Shown here piece by piece: positions 39,004 to 47,095 of a stretch of DNA of 64,000 bases. The stretch spans positions 4,299 through 68,298 of the forward strand of contig QHUS01000046.1 of the NCBI GenBank assembly GCA_003222035.1, written 5' to 3'. The position numbers and the translations under genes were made by a program. This stretch comes from Gemmatimonadota bacterium (GTDB lineage: Bacteria > Gemmatimonadota > Gemmatimonadetes > Gemmatimonadales > GWC2-71-9). Each line of letters opens with the position of its first letter. Position 1 is the stretch's first letter. A model generated the notes under the pieces. The model was not told where the DNA came from. It was given only the letters and a program-made list of their open reading frames with translations, and did not search any database.

Positions 39004-39410
39004 GCCGATGTCCCCCCCCCGGCCACCCCGCCAAGGCCCGTGACGCCGTCCGCTGCGGCGGCGGTGCCGCCGCCCGTCCGCCCGCTCCCGCTCGTGCGGC
39101 CATTGCCGACGGTCTCGCGCGCCTGCTCTTCGAGGAACGTCAACCGCGAGAGCAGATCGTGCACGCGGACCCGCGCCGCCTCGACGCGCTGCCGCAGCGC
39201 TTTGTTGTCCTGCTCCAAATCCGTCACCCGGACCCGCGACTCCACGTCCGGCTTGGCGGATCCACTCCGGCCGCCCGCAGCCTCCTTCAGCTCTCCTTCG
39301 GCCTTGACGGCACGCGCACGCCAGATGGCCAGCTCATCCGCCACGTGGCGGAGAATCGTCTCGAGCTGGTCGAGGACCTGCGCATCAGCTCTCTCTCCGT
39401 CGTACGCCAA
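39000..39410 (-). CDS. hypothetical coiled-coil protein with a Gly-rich tail
   Basis: ORF 39000..39467. A likely TTG start at 39408-39410, 6 nt after GGAGG, overlapping the pheT 3' end by 26 nt (pheT TGA at 39385-39387). Heptad-like LDQLETILRHVADELAIWRARAVKAEGELKE. Confidence 0.45.
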   Translation of the reverse strand: MAYDGERADAQVLDQLETILRHVADELAIWRARAVKAEGELKEAAGGRSGSAKPDVESRVRVTDLEQDNKALRQRVEAARVRVHDLLSRLTFLEEQARETVGNGRTSGSGRTGGGTAAAADGVTGLGGVAGGGTSA

Positions 39411-41763
39411 GCTCACCCTCCAGGGCCTTGAGACCCTGCTCCAGCACGGTATCCACCTCGCGCTCACGCAGGGTGCGCGCCGGATCGCGGAACGTGCAGT
39501 GCCAGGCTACGCTGCGGTACCCCTCCGGGATCCCGGACCCGCGATACTCGTCGAACACCTCGAGCCGCTCGAGCAGGCTCCCCGCGGCCCGCCGCAGGAC
39601 GTCGGACACCTGGGCCGCGCTGACGCCTGGCGGGAGCAAAAGCGCGAGGTCGCGCTCAACGGGCGGTTGCGGCGGCAGCGGCCGGTAGGTGATGATCCCG
39701 CGCTCGGCCAGCGTCAACCGCACCTCGAAGCCGAACAGCGGCGCCGCCCACACGGGGGCGTCGGCCTCGAGGGGTCCCGCCCAGCCCAACACGGCCCCGT
39801 TCCCCCGTTCCACCGCCTCCCACCCTACCGCACCGCCTGCCAGCGGCTGCAGGTCGCAGGACGGCGCGGCGGCGGCCACCGCTAACTCAAAGTGGTACTT
39901 CAGGTCCCATATGTCCATATCAGGTACTTTAGCACCATCGGACCAGTGGGGCGGCCTGCGGGCCCCGGTCAGAACCCCCGCTACCGAAGTCCACTCGTCG
40001 ATCGCACTCGCCCTCCGCCGAAACACTGTTCCCACCTCGAAGAGTCGCACGTCGCGGTTGCGATTCGCCCAATTGTGCTCAACGCGCCCGATCAAGCCGG
40101 GAATGAGGCGCCGCCGCAGGTGGGCTTCCTCCACCGACATGGGGTTGAGGATCGCCACCGCGTCGGGCCCGTCCGCGGATCCGATGGGCAAGGTGCGAGC
40201 CTCGAGCAGGCCGGCGGAGGCGAGTGCGTCTCGGACCCGCGCGCGAGCCCGCTCTTCGGGGGCATCGGGCACGGTGCCGGGCCGGTAGGCGCGCAACTCG
40301 TCGGGGAACGCGTCGTACCCCTTGAGGCGGGCGACTTCCTCGATCAGGTCGACCTCGCGCGTTACGTCGGGGCGCCACCCCGGCACCTGGACGGCCAGGC
40401 GAGCGTCCTTCGGCGCCACGAAGAAGCCGACGCTGGTGAGCAGCCGCTCTACCTCGGAGCGCTCGATCGACACGCCGAGCAGCGTGTCCACGCGGTCGGG
40501 GCGAAGGAAGATCGTGCGCTCCTGCTGCGGCTCCGGCCACAAGTCCAGCGCGGGCGCTCGGATCTCGCCTCCTGCCACAGCCGCGATCAGCTCGACCGCC
40601 CGCCGCAACGCGTCGGGCATGCCGAGCATGTCGATGCCGCGCTCGAACCGGTAGCTCGACTCGCTCGACAGCCCGAGCGCCCGGCGGGTGCGTCTGATGC
40701 GGGTCGGTTGGAAGTAGGCGCACTCGAGCACCAGATCGGTGGTGTCGCTGCTCACCTCCGATTCCGCGCTCCCCATCACGCCCGCAACGATGGTGGGCCG
40801 CTCGGCATCGCAGATCGCGGTCATTTCGGTCGTGAGTGTGCGGGTCGCGCCGTCGAGCGTGACGATTTTCTCGCCGGGCCGCGCGCGCCGCACGACGACG
40901 GCCGGTCCGCGCAGCTTGGCGAGGTCGAACGCGTGCAGCGGCTGGTTCAGCTCGAAGAGGATGTAGTTGGTTGCGTCGACCACGTTGTTGATCGGCCGCT
41001 GTCCCACCGCGGTGAGCCGCTCGGCAAGCCAGGCGGGACTGCTCCCCACCCGGACGCCCCGGATCACCGCGATCATGTAGCGCGGGGCGCCCTCGGGATC
41101 TTCCAGGCGAACCTCCACGCCGTCCACGACGCCCCGGTCGGACTGTCGGACGCTCGGACGGTCGGTCAGTGCCTTCGCTCCCGGGATGACGGGAAGCTTT
41201 ACGGGGGCACCAAGCGACGCGCCGAGCTCTCGGGCGACGCCCTTGTGACACAGGAGATCCGGCCGGTTCGCGGCCACGTCGATCACGATCTGGTGGTCGG
41301 CGAGGCCGACGGCGTCAACGAACCGGGTCCCCGGCGGGGCGGCGGTATCGAGCTCGAGAATGCCCGACTGATCGGCGCCGAGCCCGAGCTCCTTGGCCGA
41401 GCAGAGCATGCCATTCGATTCCACGCCACGGATCTTTTTGCGCTCGAGCTTGAGCCCTCCCGGCAGCACGGCACCGACAGGAGCGTAGGGATAGGTCTTG
41501 CCGGCCTGTACGTTCGGCGCGCCGCACACGACTTCGACCGGCCCGTTCGCGCCTCCGGCGTCGACGAGACAGAGAGACAGGCGATCGGCGTCGGGATGCT
41601 TTTTCACCTCGAGCACGCGCGCGATGCGGACGTCGCCCAGCTCCTGGTGGAGCGGGATCACGGCATCTACCGCGGCGACGTGCAGTGTCAGCCGCTCGGC
41701 GGCGTCGCGCGCGTCGAGGGGCCGGTTGAGGAGCGCCTCGAGCCAGCGGCGCGAAACGATCAT
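39385..41763 (-). CDS. pheT: phenylalanine-tRNA ligase beta subunit
   Basis: N-terminal tRNA-binding domain (HPDADRLSLC), then B3/4, B5 and FDX-ACB regions. ATGA overlap with pheS. Confidence 0.95.
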   Translation of the reverse strand: MIVSRRWLEALLNRPLDARDAAERLTLHVAAVDAVIPLHQELGDVRIARVLEVKKHPDADRLSLCLVDAGGANGPVEVVCGAPNVQAGKTYPYAPVGAVLPGGLKLERKKIRGVESNGMLCSAKELGLGADQSGILELDTAAPPGTRFVDAVGLADHQIVIDVAANRPDLLCHKGVARELGASLGAPVKLPVIPGAKALTDRPSVRQSDRGVVDGVEVRLEDPEGAPRYMIAVIRGVRVGSSPAWLAERLTAVGQRPINNVVDATNYILFELNQPLHAFDLAKLRGPAVVVRRARPGEKIVTLDGATRTLTTEMTAICDAERPTIVAGVMGSAESEVSSDTTDLVLECAYFQPTRIRRTRRALGLSSESSYRFERGIDMLGMPDALRRAVELIAAVAGGEIRAPALDLWPEPQQERTIFLRPDRVDTLLGVSIERSEVERLLTSVGFFVAPKDARLAVQVPGWRPDVTREVDLIEEVARLKGYDAFPDELRAYRPGTVPDAPEERARARVRDALASAGLLEARTLPIGSADGPDAVAILNPMSVEEAHLRRRLIPGLIGRVEHNWANRNRDVRLFEVGTVFRRRASAIDEWTSVAGVLTGARRPPHWSDGAKVPDMDIWDLKYHFELAVAAAAPSCDLQPLAGGAVGWEAVERGNGAVLGWAGPLEADAPVWAAPLFGFEVRLTLAERGIITYRPLPPQPPVERDLALLLPPGVSAAQVSDVLRRAAGSLLERLEVFDEYRGSGIPEGYRSVAWHCTFRDPARTLREREVDTVLEQGLKALEGELGVRRRES
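41137..41168. repeat. 4x8-nt array GTCGGACN inside pheT (in frame)
   Basis: GTCGGACT GTCGGACG CTCGGACG GTCGGTCA. It encodes TDRPSVRQSDR. Confidence 0.8.
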
Positions 41764-42788
41764 CGCGCTCCTCCTGCGAACTGCGACAGGAAGCGCACGT
41801 CGTTCTCGAACAACAGCCGGATGTCAGGGATACCGTGGCGGCTCATCGCGATGCGCTCCGGGCCCATGCCCCACGCGAAGCCGGTAAACCGCTCGCTGTC
41901 CACGCCGCAGTTGTCGAGCACCGCCGGGTGCACCATGCCGGACCCGAGGATCTCCATCCACCCGGTCTGCTTGCACGTGGGGCAGCCGACGCCCCCGCAG
42001 ATCTGGCACTGCACGTCCATTTCGGCGGAGGGCTCGGTGAACGGAAAGAACGACGGCCGGAACCGGACACGCGTGTCGGCGGTGAAGAAGCGGCGGGCGA
42101 ACGTCGCGAGGGTCGCCTTGAAGTCGACGAAGGTGATCCCCTCGTCCACGGCGAGGCCTTCGATCTGTTGGAACACCGGCGAGTGGGACGCGTCGAACGG
42201 GTCGCGGCGATACACCTGTCCCGGGATCACGACGCGGATGGGGGGCGGATAGCGCTCGAGCGTCCGGATCTGCACCGGTGACGTGTGGGTGCGCAGCAGC
42301 AGATCCGGCCCCACGTAGAACGAATCCTGGGCATCGAGGGCGGGGTGATCCCGGGGGAAGTTCAGCGCGAAGAAATTGTAGCGCTCGTTCTCGACTTCCG
42401 GACCGACGGCGCGCGTGAACCCGAGCTCGCGGAAGATGTCGCAGATCTCATCGACGACCTGCGTGACGAGGTGAAGCCCGGCCCGCCAGGCGGCGCGCCC
42501 CGGCATGGTGAGATCCAGCCCCGTCACGACTCCCGCGGCGTGCTTGAGGGCGCGCTCGCGCGCGGCAAAGGCGGTCTCGAACTCGCGCTTGAGCGCGTTC
42601 GCGGACGCCCCGACCTCCTTCTTGGAGGCCGGGTCGAGCCGGGGTAAGGCCCCGAGTATCTGGGTGAGAGTGCCGGCCTTGCGGCCGAGGATCTCGGTCT
42701 TGAGATCCTGGAGCCGGCGTTCGTCCGCCTGCGGGATCTCCTTCAGACGCTCCCGCAGCTCGCCGAGGGCTGCCAGGAGGTCGCGCAT
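41760..42788 (-). CDS. pheS: phenylalanine-tRNA ligase alpha subunit
   Basis: HPALDAQDSFY...LLRTHTSPVQIR...FRPSFFPFTEPSAE...GWGMG motifs. Confidence 0.95.
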   Translation of the reverse strand: MRDLLAALGELRERLKEIPQADERRLQDLKTEILGRKAGTLTQILGALPRLDPASKKEVGASANALKREFETAFAARERALKHAAGVVTGLDLTMPGRAAWRAGLHLVTQVVDEICDIFRELGFTRAVGPEVENERYNFFALNFPRDHPALDAQDSFYVGPDLLLRTHTSPVQIRTLERYPPPIRVVIPGQVYRRDPFDASHSPVFQQIEGLAVDEGITFVDFKATLATFARRFFTADTRVRFRPSFFPFTEPSAEMDVQCQICGGVGCPTCKQTGWMEILGSGMVHPAVLDNCGVDSERFTGFAWGMGPERIAMSRHGIPDIRLLFENDVRFLSQFAGGAR

Positions 42789-42790
42789 GG

Positions 42791-43144
42791 TCAGAGCGCC
42801 TGCTTGGCGACCTCCGTGATCTGCTCAAACGCGACGGGATCGCGCACCGCGAGATCCGCGAGGACCTTCCGGTTGATCTCGACGCCCGCCCGCCGCAGGC
42901 CATTCATCAGGCGACTGTACGAGAGCTCGTGCAGCCGGGCCGCGGCGTTGATGCGCGTGATCCAGAGGCGCCGGAAGTCGGCCTTCTTGCGGCGGCGGTC
43001 GCGGTACGCGTATTTCTGAGCGCGCTCGACCGATTCCTTCGCCGCTTTCCATAACTTGGACCGCCCGCCGAAGTAGCCTTTGGCGAGCTTCATGATCTTG
43101 TTCTTGCGTTTCAGGCGCGCGACGTTGCTCTTGACCCGCGGCAT
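42791..43144 (-). CDS. rplT: 50S ribosomal protein L20
   Basis: [31 protein letters not shown]... typical of L20. Confidence 0.95.
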   Translation of the reverse strand: MPRVKSNVARLKRKNKIMKLAKGYFGGRSKLWKAAKESVERAQKYAYRDRRRKKADFRRLWITRINAAARLHELSYSRLMNGLRRAGVEINRKVLADLAVRDPVAFEQITEVAKQAL

Positions 43145-43154
43145 GGATCGCTCC

Positions 43155-43349
43155 TTACACCATCAGCAGCCGCTTGAGGCGGCGTTCATCGGCCTTGGAC
43201 ACCAGCGTGGGCTTGCGCAGGTGCCGCTTCCGCTTCGGGTGCTTCTTGGTCAGGATGTGGCTCTTGTAGGCGTGGTACCGGCGCAGCCGGCCGGTGCCCG
43301 TGAGTCGCACGCGCTTGCGGAGGGCGCGCTTGCTCTTCTGCTTCGGCAT
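43155..43349 (-). CDS. rpmI: 50S ribosomal protein L35
   Basis: [44 protein letters not shown]. Confidence 0.95.
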   Translation of the reverse strand: MPKQKSKRALRKRVRLTGTGRLRRYHAYKSHILTKKHPKRKRHLRKPTLVSKADERRLKRLLMV

Positions 43350-43362
43350 CTGAATCCTCGTA

Positions 43363-43426
43363 GGTGTCAGGTGCCGGGTGTCAGCTGTCAGGGCCCACCG
43401 GCACCCGACACCTGACCCCTGACACC
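43363..43426. repeat. hairpin with 4x7-nt arms (GGTGTCA / TGACACC) filling the infC-rpmI junction
   Basis: GGTGTCA GGTGCCG GGTGTCA GCTGTCA, an 8-nt loop, then CGGCACC CGACACC TGACCCC TGACACC. About 21/28 complementary. It ends 1 nt from the infC TGA and starts 13 nt from the rpmI ATG. Confidence 0.85.
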
Positions 43427-43427
43427 T

Positions 43428-43958
43428 TCATTTCGGCGCCAGCACCATCGACATATTGCGGCCCTCGAGTTTCGGGTCCTGCTCGATCTTGGCCACATCC
43501 TTGAGCTCCTCGGCGACCCGGTCGAGCACCGCGCGCCCCAGGTCGATGTGGGCCATCTGCCGACCCCGGTACATCATGGTCACCTTGACCTTGTTGCCAT
43601 CCTGCAGGAACTCGCGCGCGTGCCGGGTCTTGAACGCGAAGTCGTGGTCGTCGATCCCGGGCCGGTACTTCACTTCCTTCAAATGGATGACGTGCTGTTT
43701 CTTCTTCGCCGCCCGCGCCGCCTTCGCCTCCTCGAACTTGAACTTCCCGTAGTCCATGATCTTCGCGACCGGGGGTCGCGCGAGCGGCGCCACCTCGACC
43801 AGATCGAGGCCCCGCTCCTGTGCCGCGGCCAGCGCTTCTTCGACGGTCAAGACGCCGAGTTGCGCTCCGTCGGGGGCGATCACACGGATCGGACTGATCC
43901 GGATCTGCCGGTTGACTCGGACGCGCGGTGCTTTGTTGTTCGGGCTTTCGATCGCCAG
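43428..43958 (-). CDS. infC: translation initiation factor IF-3, non-AUG/GUG/UUG start
   Basis: The track ORF starts at GTG 43883. That start would remove the conserved N-terminal motif, which continues upstream in frame (...ESPNNKAPRVRVNRQIRISPIRVIAPDG). An in-frame TAG lies 7 codons further upstream of CTG 43956-43958. The only start candidates after the AGAGGAGAG RBS are CTG 43956-43958 and ATC 43950-43952. Confidence 0.85.
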   Translation of the reverse strand: MAIESPNNKAPRVRVNRQIRISPIRVIAPDGAQLGVLTVEEALAAAQERGLDLVEVAPLARPPVAKIMDYGKFKFEEAKAARAAKKKQHVIHLKEVKYRPGIDDHDFAFKTRHAREFLQDGNKVKVTMMYRGRQMAHIDLGRAVLDRVAEELKDVAKIEQDPKLEGRNMSMVLAPK

Positions 43959-43975
43959 GTGCCGTGCTCTCCTCT

Positions 43976-44003
43976 AAAGAAAGAAAAAGCGGACTCCGCT
44001 CTC
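43976..44003 (-). terminator. intrinsic-terminator-like hairpin with a U-tract in the infC leader (candidate attenuator)
   Basis: Minus strand: GAGAGCGGAGTCCGCTTTTTCTTTCTTT, immediately 5' of the infC RBS. This is the most T-rich run I saw in the window. Confidence 0.5.
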
Positions 44004-44022
44004 ACCGGGAATCCGCGTGGCG

Positions 44023-44083
44023 TCGTCCGTCAACCCGTGTTCCGTCGTCCGTGAGTTGCGGATGGCGGATTACGGAAGACGGA
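44023..44083. repeat. imperfect hairpin of heptamer arrays (TCCGNNN / NNNCGGA) in the infC leader
   Basis: The right arm has CGGA at an exact 7-nt period (44059, 44066, 44073, 44080): TTGCGGA TGGCGGA TTACGGA AGACGGA. The left arm is ..GTCCGTCAACCCGTGTTCCGTCGTCCGT. The loop is about 6 nt. Confidence 0.7.
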
Positions 44084-44175
44084 CCATGCTCTCAGAACCC
44101 TAGAGCACTCCCGACAGCGGGAGGCAGCAGGTGAGGCGCACGCGGCGCCCGCTTGCCGTGTTGTCGGGGCTAATC

Positions 44176-45078
44176 TTAGCCCGCCTTGAGCGGGTCCACA
44201 AGCCCGAACGCCTTGCCGTCGCGCCCCAGACGACCGGCGACGATATCGGGATCGTGCTCGAACAGCAGCAACCATCCTTCCGCTTCGGCCCGCGCGTACA
44301 GGCGGCGCTTCGACTCGAGCGTCACGAGCGGCTCCAGGTCGTAGCCCATGATCCAGGGGAGCGGGAGATGGGCACTGGTAGGCACAAGGTCCGCCAGGAA
44401 GCACGCCCGTTCGCCCGCGCTCTCGACCAGCACTGACTGATGATACGGCACGTGCCCCGGCGTCGGCATGCACCGGATCCCGGGCACGACCTCCGCGTCA
44501 CCATCGATGGGCGTGAACGGCACCGGCTCGAAATTATGTGGCAGATAGCTCGCCGCCGTGCGCTCGTTGGTGTGGCGCGCGAATTCGAGCTCGCGTTTTT
44601 GGACCACGTACGTCGCCTTCGGGAAGCTCAACTTCGTCGGACGGTCGGACGGTGGGACGGTCGGACCGTCCGGCGCTTGGTCGGCCGGCTCGCGATAGGT
44701 ATTGCCGCCGGCGTGATCGAAATGGAGATGGGTATTGATCACCCAGCGAACGTCATCGGGCCGGTATCGGAGCTCCGCGAGCGCGTCTTCGATCTGGGTC
44801 GGCCCGTGCTTCCCCTGATTCACGACGCCGTAGATGTCCCTAAACTTGTCGTCCTCTTTGTTCCCCAGGCCCGTGTCGACCAGGACGAGCCCGTCGCCGT
44901 GCTCGATCAGGAGGCAGCGCAGCGCGAGGGGGATGCGATTGCGATCGTCGGCGGGGATGCGGCGTTGCCACAGCGGCTTCGGTACCACGCCGAACATCGC
45001 GCCGCCGTCGAGGTGCTGCCTGCCGCCCTCCAGGGCATGACACTTCAGTCGACCGACCGTGAGAGACGTGTGGGGCAT
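44176..45078 (-). CDS. MBL-fold metallo-hydrolase
   Basis: LVDTGLG...THLHFDHAGGN (HxHxDH) motifs. The ATG at 45076-45078 shares one base with the upstream TGA. Confidence 0.8.
   Translation of the reverse strand: MPHTSLTVGRLKCHALEGGRQHLDGGAMFGVVPKPLWQRRIPADDRNRIPLALRCLLIEHGDGLVLVDTGLGNKEDDKFRDIYGVVNQGKHGPTQIEDALAELRYRPDDVRWVINTHLHFDHAGGNTYREPADQAPDGPTVPPSDRPTKLSFPKATYVVQKRELEFARHTNERTAASYLPHNFEPVPFTPIDGDAEVVPGIRCMPTPGHVPYHQSVLVESAGERACFLADLVPTSAHLPLPWIMGYDLEPLVTLESKRRLYARAEAEGWLLLFEHDPDIVAGRLGRDGKAFGLVDPLKAG
44636..44675. repeat. 5x8-nt array GTCGGACN inside the MBL-fold hydrolase gene (in frame)
   Basis: GTCGGACG GTCGGACG GTGGGACG GTCGGACC GTCCGGCG. It encodes PDGPTVPPSDRPT. Confidence 0.8.
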
Positions 45079-45713
45079 CAAGACGGAATTGAAATCGGCA
45101 ATCTGTGACGCGGCCTGTCGTGCAGCTCTCGGAGCTCCTCCAGCGTCTCCACCCCCCGCTCCCGTGCCCGCCAGAGCAACGACCGCAGGATGTACGCGGT
45201 CGCGAGCGCATCGCCGAACGCGCGATGGCGCGCCGCGTTATCGACGCCGAAGAACGACGCCAGGTCGTCGAGGCTGCGATGGCGGAGCTCCGGTACGAGG
45301 CGGCGCGTGAGACGAACGGTGCACACCGGTTTGCCGCCGGGTCCCGGAACCCCGACCGCGGCGCATTCGGCCGCGAGAAAGCCCCAGTCGAACCGGGCGT
45401 TGTGCGCCACGAACACAGCGCCTTCGAGCGTCCGTCCGAGATCGAAAACCACGTCGGCAAAGCGCTGCCGGCCGGCGACCAGGGCGTCGGTGATCCCCGT
45501 GAGCCGCGTGACCCACGGGGTGATCGAAATGCCGGGATCGAGCAGCGCGTGGAACGCGAGATGGACCGTGCCACCCTCGAGGATCGCGACTGCCACCTCG
45601 AGGATGCGGCCGCCGCCGGCGGGGGGCGCTTTGGTCCCCGTCGTTTCGACGTCGACGACGGCGAACCGGCAGTGCTCGAGAGGGAGCGGGGGGATCGCCG
45701 CGTTAGAGGTCAT
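45078..45713 (-). CDS. DnaQ-like 3'-5' exonuclease (DNA polymerase III epsilon family)
   Basis: FAVVDVETTG (Exo I), FVAHNARFDWGFL (Exo II) and HRAFGDALATA (Exo III) motifs. Confidence 0.8.
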   Translation of the reverse strand: MTSNAAIPPLPLEHCRFAVVDVETTGTKAPPAGGGRILEVAVAILEGGTVHLAFHALLDPGISITPWVTRLTGITDALVAGRQRFADVVFDLGRTLEGAVFVAHNARFDWGFLAAECAAVGVPGPGGKPVCTVRLTRRLVPELRHRSLDDLASFFGVDNAARHRAFGDALATAYILRSLLWRARERGVETLEELRELHDRPRHRLPISIPS

Positions 45714-46941
45714 CGCGCCGGAGCGGCAACGTCATGCACCGGGGGCCGCCGCCCCCCCGCACCAGCTCGCTTCCCTCCATGGTGATCACGGCGCGTGCAC
45801 CCCCACCGTCGTCGAAGGTCTCCTCGCCCGCCTGGAGGTCTACCGCCGCCACGGTCTTGAACCCGGCGTGCTCGAGCTCGCGGAGCGTGGCTTCGTTGCG
45901 CGCGTAGGTCAACGCGACACCGGGCCGGACGGTGAAGAAGTTGCACGCCGACGACCACTGCTCCCGCTCTTGCAGCGCGCGGTCCGAGCCCCCGCAGAAG
46001 ATCGGCTCGAGAGGATGATCCACCGCCTGCATCGCCGCGAAGAAATTGGGCATCTCCTTCACACCCTTCGATTTCTTGCGGCGGTGCAGCACGGCGAGGC
46101 GCTCCGGTCCCACGAAGTGCGGCGGATAGATGCAGCACAGGTCGCGGTCCAGTTGCGTGAAGATCATGTCCAGGTGAATGGCGGTGCGCTCGTTCGGCAG
46201 CACGACGACGATCACGTCCTTCACGCCGCAATGCTCGAATACCAGGTCGCACAGATGATCGAGGGCCGCTGGGCTGGAGCGCTCACTGAAGCCGAGCAGC
46301 AGGAGATCGGGGCGTACCGGGTGCACATCCCCCCCCTCCAGCGTGTAGTTGTTCCGCTTCTCCTCCGACCCGTCGTACAGGATGCCGGCGTTCTCCAGAC
46401 AGGGATGGTAGCGGAACAGCGCCTTGATGAGCAGCTCCTCGGTCCAGCGCACCCCGTACCGCATCGAGCCAATGATCGAGTGCTCGCCGATCACGATCCC
46501 CACGTCGCGCGTGAAGAACAGATTAGGGAGGGGGGGGAGCGCGTACCCCGTCTCGTTGAGCGCGCGGGCGATCGGCCCGGCGTCTTCCAGGGCGCCCTCG
46601 ACCATGACGCCGACGAGCGCTTCCGGGGAGAGCGCCGCGAGCTGCTTCGCCAGCGCGTCGGACGACACCACCTCGAGCGCGCGCGTTACGAGGAACTCGC
46701 GCACGTCCGGGCGCGCGACCAGCTCCGTCAGGAGGGTCCGGACCTCGTAGACCTGCGCGAACCGCTCGAGCACCGCCACGAAGCGGTGATGCTCGCGCTG
46801 CGCGAGCTCCAGGTCTATGATGTCGTCGTAGAGATAGTCTTCGCGGCTACCGGGCGTGACCGCCACCAGCTCGCGGCCGGGCGTGTGGACCAGGACGGCC
46901 CGCAGCGAGCCGATCTCCGACGTGACGTGGACGCGCGCCAT
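45703..46941 (-). CDS. arcA: arginine deiminase family protein
   Basis: MARVHVTSEIGSLRAVLVHTPGRE N-terminus and the C-terminal GGGGPRCMTLPL catalytic-Cys motif. Confidence 0.8.
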   Translation of the reverse strand: MARVHVTSEIGSLRAVLVHTPGRELVAVTPGSREDYLYDDIIDLELAQREHHRFVAVLERFAQVYEVRTLLTELVARPDVREFLVTRALEVVSSDALAKQLAALSPEALVGVMVEGALEDAGPIARALNETGYALPPLPNLFFTRDVGIVIGEHSIIGSMRYGVRWTEELLIKALFRYHPCLENAGILYDGSEEKRNNYTLEGGDVHPVRPDLLLLGFSERSSPAALDHLCDLVFEHCGVKDVIVVVLPNERTAIHLDMIFTQLDRDLCCIYPPHFVGPERLAVLHRRKKSKGVKEMPNFFAAMQAVDHPLEPIFCGGSDRALQEREQWSSACNFFTVRPGVALTYARNEATLRELEHAGFKTVAAVDLQAGEETFDDGGGARAVITMEGSELVRGGGGPRCMTLPLRRDDL

Positions 46942-46943
46942 GG

Positions 46944-47095
46944 GGCGGAATCTAACGCGGAACGCGGAAGGCGGAGCCGAAGTCGGAACGCGGAAGGCGG
47001 AACGCGGAACAGCAAGGAAAGGTCGCTCGGCTTGCCGCCCTCGGAGCGAAGTTCGCTTGACTGTTCCGCATTCCGCGTTCCGAGTTCCGAGTTCT
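46944..47095. repeat. heptamer-armed inverted-repeat element, copy A (GCGGAAN units / loop / NTTCCGC units)
   Basis: CGGAA recurs at 46958, 46965, (46972, 46978), 46984, 46991, 46998 and 47005. TTCCG recurs at 47064, 47071, 47078 and 47085. The inner 26 nt of the arms are 23/26 complementary, with a 52-nt loop. The element fills the rex-stop to arcA-ATG gap. Confidence 0.9.

Noticed and set aside
46329-46537. C8 (46329-46336) and G8 (46330-46337 shifted to 46530-46537) homopolymers inside arcA as possible phase-variation tracts. A G9 run also lies at 39012-39020.
   Set aside because: They encode Gly/Pro codons, which are common in GC-rich genes. There is no evidence of frameshifted copies here. 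Nothing beyond composition can be supported without read-level data.
46944-47095. Could the tandem arrays be CRISPR arrays?
   Set aside because: The units are only 7-10 nt and directly abut one another with no spacers. The arrays are 24-70 nt long. Many are inside coding sequence. No cas genes are present.
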